Below, in pieces: positions 46,856 through 55,446 of a stretch of 55,948 nt of DNA. The translations under genes were made by a program, and so were the position numbers. The stretch is taken from contig CAZCTB010000065.1 in assembly GCA_964501605.1 (NCBI GenBank), positions 1 to 55,948 on the forward strand, in the 5' to 3' direction. Below the pieces are notes generated by a model. The model saw nothing but the letters and a program-made list of their open reading frames with translations, ran no database searches and was not told the origin of the DNA. This stretch comes from an uncultured Candidatus Peribacteria bacterium. Its GTDB lineage: Bacteria; Patescibacteriota; Gracilibacteria; Absconditabacterales; Absconditicoccaceae. How positions within the stretch are numbered: position 1 is the first letter of the stretch; every line of letters starts with the position of its first letter.

Positions 46856-46927
46856 GTTCAGTTGTTTAGAGCGTCCCGGTCTAAAGGACCGAGGAAGGTC
46901 GGGTTCTATTGGATTTGCCCAAAGCCA
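46856..46927 (+). pseudogene. Degenerate tRNA-like copy C (lacks the 5' acceptor strand; disrupted T-arm)
   Basis: gttcagttgtttagagcg + tcccggtctaaaggaccgagga + aggtcgggttctattggatttgcccaaagcca. The last 18 nt plus flank repeat the 3' end of tRNA-Met. Confidence 0.6.
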
Positions 46928-47115
46928 AATTAAGTTAAAAGTCAAACGTTTATAAGGTTTAAAGTTAATCTTATCTTACAAACTTTAAACTTAATAACTT
47001 TTAACTACATTAGTAGTCATTCGTAAAAAATATTTTATTATTCAAAACTTTATGAGTCAGAGTTTTGATAGTAATTACAACAAAAAATTATTTTAGATTA
47101 TTCAGAACCTTTATT

Positions 47116-47289
47116 ATGGCAAAAAAGAAAGGATGAAGAGTTACAGTAGCAATGCAATGTTCTATTTGTAAAAAAGTGAATTATTTCACTAGTATAAACA
47201 AAGCTATTACACCAAAATTAGAACAAAACAAATACTGTAAACAATGTAAAAAACACACACTACACAAATCTAGAGAAAAACTTAAATAA
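47116..47289 (+). CDS. rpmG: 50S ribosomal protein L33
   Basis: MAKKKGGRVTVAMQCSICKKVNYFTSINK...YCKQCKKHTLHKSREKLK. 57 aa with the CxxC...CxxC pattern. Confidence 0.9.
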
Positions 47290-47327
47290 TTCTCTATTTT
47301 TCATTTTAATATGTAAAATTATACTAA

Positions 47328-47813
47328 ATGTTGAAGATAAGATTAGCCAGACATGGTAGAAAAAAAGCTCCATTTTATCGTATTGTACTTACTGAGCACA
47401 CAAAACCAGCGCAATCTGGTTATAAATTAGTTTTATGACGATTTAATCCATTATCTCATACTATAGAGGCAAATGTAGAAGCAATAAAATGATGGATTGC
47501 AAAATGAGCACAACTTTCAGAGAGAGTAGCTAAACTACTTTTTGCTGAAACAAAAGACAAAATGTTTAAAGAATTTTTTGTAGAAAGAGAAAGAACAAAA
47601 TGAAAAGCAAAAGAACAAGAGAAAAAAGAAGATGCTGAAGCAAAAGTAAAAGAAGCAAAAGAAAAAGCTGAGGCTGCAAAAGTAGAGGAAGAACAAAAAA
47701 AGGCAGAAGAAGCTAATGAAGAAAAAGTAGAGAAAAAGACAGAGGAAGTTAAGGAAGAAACAACAAATGATTCACCAGAAGAAAAGAAAGAAGAAGAAAA
47801 TAAAAAAAATTAA
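47328..47813 (+). CDS. rpsP: 30S ribosomal protein S16 with a K/E-rich C-terminal extension
   Basis: MLKIRLARHGRKKAPFYRIVLTEH...LG-[CGA]-FNPLS...WIAKGAQLSERVAKLL. Confidence 0.9.
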
Positions 47814-47848
47814 TCTATTCTTTTTTAACATTTTAAAATTTCAAATAA

Positions 47849-48274
47849 ATGCCCGAGTCTTATGGTACTAGTGCAATACAAAACGTGATTTTAATAATAT
47901 TAGCAATAGTAATAATTGCTATATCTGTTTGAAGTATATATGCTTTTATACGTGCTATATTACTTTTTATATTTTCTCAAGGTAAAGAGGAAAAAATAAA
48001 AAAAGCGTGGAATAGTATCAGATTTATGATTATGTGAATATTTCTTACTGTTCTTTTATTATTTATGTTTCCTTTGGTTTTCAAACGAATGTGATTAGAA
48101 GATTACGAAGAATATAGTGCAAAAAATATATTCAATAAAGCTTGAGAGCTCTTAGAAAAGACACTTCAAATAAAAGATGTTGTAAAAGAAAGTCAACAAG
48201 AAAATCAATATCGTGATCAGCTTTATTATGACGATGATTTTAAAGAAAACTATTATGAAGACTATAGTTTATAG
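47849..48274 (+). CDS. Small membrane protein (141 aa)
   Basis: Codon count verified from 47849 to TAG 48272-48274. Two hydrophobic helices and an acidic Y-rich tail. Confidence 0.6.
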
Positions 48275-48353
48275 TGCTTTAAGATTTTATTGACAAAAGC
48301 TAAACAAACATTAGAGTATATATTAATAGTATTTATATTTTTCATCAAAAAGT

Positions 48354-48938
48354 ATGGCTAAAAAATCAAAAGCATCGAAAAAGCTGGTGAAATTATTACA
48401 TAAATTCAATAGGTATGACAAACGTGAAAAATGGTTTGTTGTTTATCTTATTGTTCTTTTATTTTGTCTTTTATTTTTTCCAATAATAAAAGTAACCTCA
48501 CTTAGAGGTGCTTGATGATATTGAGTTTGGTTAGTTTCAGGTGTTTATTTTAAAACTATGATGATTGTTTTTGTTTCTATGATAATTTTGTTGTGATGGA
48601 ATTTGAGTTTTAAGTTTAAAAATATTTTATTATCATATTTTTGATGAAGAAACAACGATTCTTTGATAAACTTTTTATTTTTGTTTATAATAACTACATC
48701 ATTTTTTGCAATTACCGATACTATAAATGTTGCTGCATGAGTTACATCAAGGGTTGTTGTTTCAGGTTGATGAAAGTTTATTCAACTATTATTATTGATT
48801 TGAATAGTTCTTACTTTAGTATCAGTTATTAAATCAGCAAAAGAAACTGGTAAAAAGACAAAAATAATAAATATGGTAGATGATGAACATAGTAAAGATT
48901 CTCACAAAGAGGATATTAAAAAATGATTATTTGAATAA
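48354..48938 (+). CDS. Polytopic membrane protein (194 aa)
   Basis: Four hydrophobic segments. TGA as Gly is required. A terminator follows. Confidence 0.6.
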
Positions 48939-48958
48939 TTTCAAAAAAATAAATATTC

Positions 48959-48989
48959 AAAAACGTTCCAAGTAGAACGTTTTTTTTTA
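48959..48989. terminator. Hairpin terminator between convergent genes
   Basis: AAACGTTC-caagta-GAACGTTT plus a T-run. Confidence 0.7.
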
Positions 48990-49020
48990 TATTAAGTATA
49001 GTTTATAACTAATGTTTTAG

Positions 49021-51921
49021 TTATTCTAGAAATTGTTTTATAGGTTCAGGAATTGTTTGACTATATACTATAGACATATCTAGATCCCATAAAACAGCTT
49101 TTATTTTATCATCAATCATTAAATCATTTGCATAGTCAGAAAAAGCACAAGGACAAGAAAGACATTCAGTCGTTGTTATTGGAGATTGGTTTTCATTGTT
49201 GTCTATGTTTTCAAATCAATAATTAAAACTTCAATAGTTAAAGTCTCACAAAACGCAGTTATTGTTTGCTCATATTTCTGGACAACCATCAAAATCTTCT
49301 ATACCATTATAATTTTCTGGTATTAAAGGACACATATCCAATTCATCTGGTATTCAATCTCAGTCAGTGTCTATTATATTGTTTTTTTCATTATCTCAAT
49401 TATTAAAATATTTTCCATCACATGTGTCTCACCATCAATTATTATTTAAGTCCATTTGATTTTTATTGTCTACCGTAGGACAATTATCTAACCCACATAT
49501 ATTATTATGCATAGAAATTATATCTCGATTTATATTATCCATATTTATACTACAATCTTCATTTTCATATTCTATCAGACCAATTAAATTTGTCATACCA
49601 TCTCCATCAATATCATCGTCACATATATCAGGGATTCAGTCTCAATCCATATCACACTTAAATTGATCCAATGTTCAATTTAGTTTAGCTTCCATACATA
49701 TATCCTTTTTTGTAATAGCAACAGTTCAAATAGTACTAAGATCTATACACTCATCGACAAAAACAGAGTTTTTAGGATAATATATTCATTCTTTATTGTA
49801 TTTAAAATCAAATTTTTTAGGCCACTCATTAAGTTCTTTATCATATATTTCTGTTTTGTCTTCGTTATATTTATTTATCATCATTATGTTTTGTGGTATA
49901 TATCATATATTTTTTATTTCAAAATTAGTATCTTCAAAATAGTTTCATACAAGACTATTTATAGCTGTTTGTATACCATATGATCTTTCCAAAAATTCAT
50001 CTCTTACATATATTGTCAAAAAATTTTGTATTTCTTGATTGTTTTTTAATATTATTTTTTGTGTGATTACACGCGGACCAGAAACCTCATATATATGAAC
50101 CATTTCCAAATTATTGTTTTTTTCTATTTCTTCATTTCACCAATTTCGTTGTATTTCTTTTATATCTTTTTTTTCTATTCAATTTAATTTTGTAGATATT
50201 TTTATACTTTGTCATTTTTTTGGAGCAATATTATTTGCTTCAATTTTCGTAGCCAGTTCATTTTCTCACACAGACAACAACATATTTGCCACCGCTATTA
50301 TCTTTCAGTTTTTAAATCACTTTACTGTGATCATTGTGCTTTTTTGATCTCTAAATATTTTTGTAATCTCGTTTGTATCAAATCTTTCTACAATATTACC
50401 ATCTCAAAAATTCCATTCAAATTTGTCAAATAATCCTTTTTTATCTACTTTAAAATTTACTTCTAAAGGTAAGCGTCAAGCAATTTTATTTGCATCAATT
50501 TGTAAACTATGATTTTCTAATATATTTTTTCCAACTAATATTTTTGTAGAAGCATAGGCTTCATTGTTTATTCCAGTTGCACTAGATCTAATATTATATA
50601 GTCCATTTTCCAAAAAAGTATGGCTTACTTTTTTTCAAATTGCTGTATTTCAATCTCAAAAATTTCGATTTACATCTCATATTATTTCTCATTTTGTTAC
50701 AGCTTCAAAATTTACAGTTACAGGTGCTGTGGTTGTAAGTCCTTCTGTTTTTATGTACATTCATAGATAATTTTGACTATCTTCACAAGCATCTCATATT
50801 CCATTGTTATTACTATCTTTTTGATCTTTATTTGGCACAAATAGACAATTATCCATTCATTCTTCCCATTTAGAAATCACAATTCTTCATAGTTCATCAA
50901 CTATTCATATTGGATTTAAAATTCAGTCACCATCTATATCTTCATCACACACATCTCCAATTCCATCACCATCTGTATCTTTTTGACTTGGATTATAATG
51001 GTTTGGACAACTATCATTCAGATTGTCCATAGGATCACAGTCGTAGTTTTGATCAAAAGAACAATCAATTATTTTAAACAAATTGTACAAAGTTTTCAAC
51101 ACATACTCTCATTCTACCAATTCATGTATTTGTCAGTCTTCAAATTTTTCATGTTCTACAATATTATTATCATACAATATGTTTAATTCTGAAACTGGCC
51201 AATATCATTGTACAATTTCTCAAAATGTTTGCATACCACATTTTTCTAAATTAAACATACAATATTTCATGTATGCTTGCATAGAGTTTTCATTTGGTAG
51301 TATTCCAGACATATTTTCAATAGCATATTTATTTATTGTTTTTCTATCATCTTCATTCAAATTTTCCTCTGGATAAGATCATGGATTCAAGTTTTGCATC
51401 CAGTTTTGTATTTCTATCCAATTTGTTAAATAATTTTGATATACATATTGATCTGCAATGTTCAAAACTACTTGTAAAAATTCTCAAATAGTTGTATTTC
51501 TATTACCACAAAACTTTCCATCACATATTGGGCTTATTCATTCAGGATATCATCTCATCCAAGTATTATCTCACACATAAGCTACACAATAATAATAGCT
51601 TTGACTATTATAAATTCCACCATTATATCATATGTCATCAAAATCTTTTCATGGCAAATTGGTAAAATCGCTCCATCGAGGATTGATATATTTATCTATC
51701 ATCCATTGAGGAGTATTTACACAGTCTTGACAATTTACTGCATTCAAAAGTCTTGTTAGTTCATATCTAGATACTTGATCGCTTTCTATTATCTCATCTA
51801 CTGGTATACCAGTTTGTCTAAGATTATCCAAGAATCATTCATAATTACCAAAACTAATTCCAAAAATAGAAAAACTAATGAACAATATAAATATTCATTT
51901 CCAAATTTTTTTAAATTTCAT
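49021..51921 (-). CDS. Large secreted protein (966 aa) with thrombospondin type-3-like Ca-binding repeats and PKD-like domains
   Basis: Signal peptide (IFILFISFSIFGISFG). [33 protein letters not shown] and further DxDxDG...C repeats. PKD-type motifs VN-[CGA]-NFGDGNT and FEWNFGDGN. I scanned all 967 codons and found no TAA/TAG. Confidence 0.8.
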
Positions 51922-52050
51922 TTTTAATAAAAGTTTCTTTGTCATTAGCTTTTCAGTGAAATAAAAAGCTAATATAATTATACTTAAAATACAAAATAAA
52001 ACCTAAAAAATGATTTTAAAACACAACAAAAGGTTGACTTTTTATAATGT

Positions 52051-53412
52051 TTATTTTTTATAAAGTATTTTACTACCAATATCTAACTCTTCTGACTCTC
52101 AATAAGCTCATTCTACTTGATCCAAGTTGATCTCATCATAACTATCTATTTCTGGAGCATGAAGCCATGGACGAATAATAATTGTTGGATTTTCTTCAGT
52201 TCATTTAAATCACATTATATATCCCAAAGTGTGTTTATTGTGTAGGGAACGGTCGCGACCGTTCCTTACATCCAATATTTTTTTTATTTTCTTAAATCTT
52301 TGTCTTATGATTTTATCATCCACCTTGTTTTCTAATTTACTAGAATCTGCCAATGGTTCATCATGATATTCAAACAAAGCAACATTATCAAAATTATATC
52401 ATTTTACAAACTCACACAATTCATCAAAATTTTCCTCAGTCTCTCATGGAAATCATACGATAATATTTGTCCTCACAAATTTGGTTTCAAAGTTTTTGTC
52501 TATAAACTCTAGTAACTTGTATATATGCTTTTGATCATAAAATCTTCACATATTCTTCAAAATATTTGAGCTAATATGTTGTAGTGGTATATCAAAATAT
52601 GGTATAAATCTTTTGAAACTTTTCAATTTTTCCAATTGATTCAAGGTCAAAATATCTGGATATAGATATAATATTCTATACATAAAATCTCATTCAATCT
52701 TTTCTATTTCTTCAAGTAATTCAAAAAGCATCGATTTTCCATATAAATCTATCCCATATCTATTTGTGTCTTGAGCAATCAAAATAATTTCTTCTATTCC
52801 TGAGTCTATCATATTTTTTACTTCCTGCAAAACTTCCTCTATGGGCAAAGATTTTTGCTTTCCTCTAATTTTGGGGATAATACAAAACGAACAAGAATTG
52901 TTGCATCATTCAGCGATTTTTAGATACTCAAATTTATATTCAGCATTTGTATAAGCTCTCACTCCCTTGTATATAGGACTATCTCCAAACAATTTACTAT
53001 CATATCATTTTATTAGATTTTCTATAGAAATATCGTTCCAATCATCCCAAGAAATCAAATGAATATTTGTGTGTTCCAATATATTTTTCCATATTTTTTT
53101 TTCTTCTTCATCTATTTTTGCCTTATCCAAATTTGCAAAATAATACAATCCACATCACAATAAATATATTGTTTTATTTTCTATCAACAAACTTTCTATC
53201 GTTTCAAACATCTCATATCTACCACTAGATATAAAACCACAAGTATTCAAAAATACATATTCTACATCTTGTGCGTATGGGTCAGTAGAATAGTTGATCT
53301 CATAGTTTGGATTGTTATTTGCCAATCCAAAAATATTTCATAGTAGAAATTGTGTATCCACTAGATTCTTGTTGCAACCAAGATTTATAAATGCGAAATT
53401 AAATTTTTTCAA
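52051..53412 (-). CDS. rimO: Ribosomal protein S12 methylthiotransferase RimO (radical SAM MTTase)
   Basis: [63 protein letters not shown] and a TRAM-like C-terminus. TTG start: a TAA lies two codons upstream. All codons scanned. Confidence 0.85.
52246..52265. repeat. Perfect 20-nt GC-rich palindrome inside rimO
   Basis: ggaacggtcgcgaccgttcc, read on the minus strand as part of V-RNGRDRS-L, between the radical-SAM and TRAM regions. Confidence 0.85.
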
Positions 53413-53578
53413 AGCTTATTTTGATATAAAATAAATAAAATAAGATGTGAAAAGTTTCACAAAAAAACTTTTCCGTCGCATTTATCCCGCTGAATAGCGC
53501 TTGTCCTTTGCGTAGTCAAAGGGGAATAGGAAATATTTGAATTTCCTATGTGATAAGAAAAGACCAAAAGACTCTTAT

Positions 53579-54589
53579 TTATTGCAAAATAATCTCTTTC
53601 AATTTTTTTTCTAACTTCTCAACTTCTAATATATCTTCTTGATCCGCTTGTATAGCTTCTTGTTTTTTTCTTTTATCATCAAAATCATAATATATTTTTC
53701 ATACAATTTCTTGCATTTTTTTGTTGGATATACTTCATTTATGGTCTAATATATTTTTGTTGTTTAGTTCTATAATTTTATCTATATTTTCTCTCCAAAA
53801 TGAAATAGTAATATCTTTTTGATTTTTTGCTCTCAACTCTGCTGTTTCCAAAAACACCATTACAAAACGATTTAAACTATCGATTTCTTCTTCATTGAGA
53901 TAGTTTTTGGCTATATATACATCTTCTTTTCTTACAATACTTCATTTCCAATTTGTAAGAGACATATTTAGTTTTGTACTATCTGCACGTTCTACGATAA
54001 TTTCTGCAGCTGTTTTACCCGTAATAGCATATAATATTTTATTTTGTGTTTCAGCAAAAAACATTTGTGTAGATTTATCTGTTTTATCATAATCACTACT
54101 TAATTTAAATAGATCTCTCACTTTTTGATAAAATCTTTTTTCAGAGGAACGGATATCACGAATTTTTGCCAACAATTCATCAAAATAGTCTATTCTTCCA
54201 TCTGGATTTTTTAGTCTTTCTGTATCTATGACAAATCATTTTTTCATATATTCTTCTAAATTTTCATTTGCCCATTGTCTAAATTGGATACCTCTTTTAC
54301 TTTTTACTCTAAATCATATTGCCAATATCATTGGAAGAGAATAAAAAGTAACATTATAATTTTTCCCATCAGAGGCAGTTGTCAAGTAATCCTTTACAAC
54401 TGATTTTTGGCTTAATTCTAACTCTTTAAGGATATTTATAATATGTAAGCTTATATTTTGTTTAGAGGTGTTAAAAAGTTCTGCAATCTGGTTTTGATTC
54501 ATCCAAACATTCCCATCTTTGGCAAACAAAGAAACAGCAGATTTTCAATCAACAGTATTATAGATTATGATATTATTTTCTTGTGACAT
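53579..54589 (-). CDS. RhuM-family protein (336 aa)
   Basis: VWMNQNQIAELFNTSKQNISLHIINILKE, GFRVKSKRGIQFRQWANENLEEYM, RSSEKRFYQKVRDLF and AETQNKILYAITGKTAAEII. Frame and stop (53579-53581) verified triplet by triplet. Confidence 0.78.
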
Positions 54590-55017
54590 AGTACTTTTTT
54601 ATAACTAAAGTAGTTCTACTATAAAAAACTCCTTTCTTTTGTCAATCTTTTTTTGATAGTGTAAAACTATTTTGTGACACAATGTTTTTTGATTGGTTTG
54701 TAATGATAAAATTACTCTTGAAATATTAAATTTTTTGGATAATCTTACATACAGAGCATTAGTGCTAATTTATTTAGATAATAGAGATATTATGAATACT
54801 ACAATTTTGAATAAACAAAAAACGCCGAATAACTAAGTTACACGACGAAATTTCTTATTAGGTAATCATTAAGCAGAGCATCTTATAAGTTTTAGACAAC
54901 TATTTACAAGAGCAAGATTATATTGTTTTAATACATGGTGTTTTCTATCTTCACTATATGTATTTGGTAGGCGGTAAATCAAAAGATGAAAACTTTTAGA
55001 ATTTAAATTAGAATAAG

Positions 55018-55302
55018 ATGATTGAAATTAAATGTATAAATAAGCAACCTAGAGATAATTATTGGGAAAGAATTACTCATGTGGGATGAATGAGTACGAA
55101 TTGAGTTCATTGGAAATTTACTCAAGAAGAAGTAATATCAATTATAGAAAGTTGAAAATACAGCTTTTATGTTAATGTTTGAGGCAATAAAGTTAATGTT
55201 ATTGTAGCAAAAAGTAGATTTGAAAACAAATACATTAAAACCGAGGCAGATGATAAAGAACCAAACAACCTATTGTCTTTGCCTGAGTGTAAAAGCCAAT
55301 AA
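55018..55302 (+). CDS. DUF3892-like small protein (94 aa)
   Basis: ITHVGG....WKFTQEEVISIIESGKYSFYVNVGGNKVNVIVA...YIKTEADDKEPNNLLSLPEC. A terminator follows. Confidence 0.7.
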
Positions 55303-55313
55303 AAATAAAGATA

Positions 55314-55337
55314 AAAAGAGCCGAAAGGCTCTTTTTT
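55314..55337 (+). terminator. Rho-independent terminator
   Basis: AAAGAGCC-gaaa-GGCTCTTT plus a T-run. Confidence 0.75.
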
Positions 55338-55446
55338 ATTTTTCGTCAAGAAAATTTTAGGAAGTAGAAGTAGCACACATTAGGTCGATAAATCGACGAA
55401 AAGGGATCCCGCACTACTGCGGGACAGGTTTAGTGATTTGTTTGAT

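Noticed and set aside
46480-46900. The odd tRNA-like arms contain TTCAAA and TCTAAA, which could be read as UCA or CUA suppressor-type anticodons.
   Set aside because: In that register the flanking 5 nt do not pair, so there is no anticodon stem. The only stable fold gives a 5-nt loop. Both copies also lack complete acceptor and T arms.
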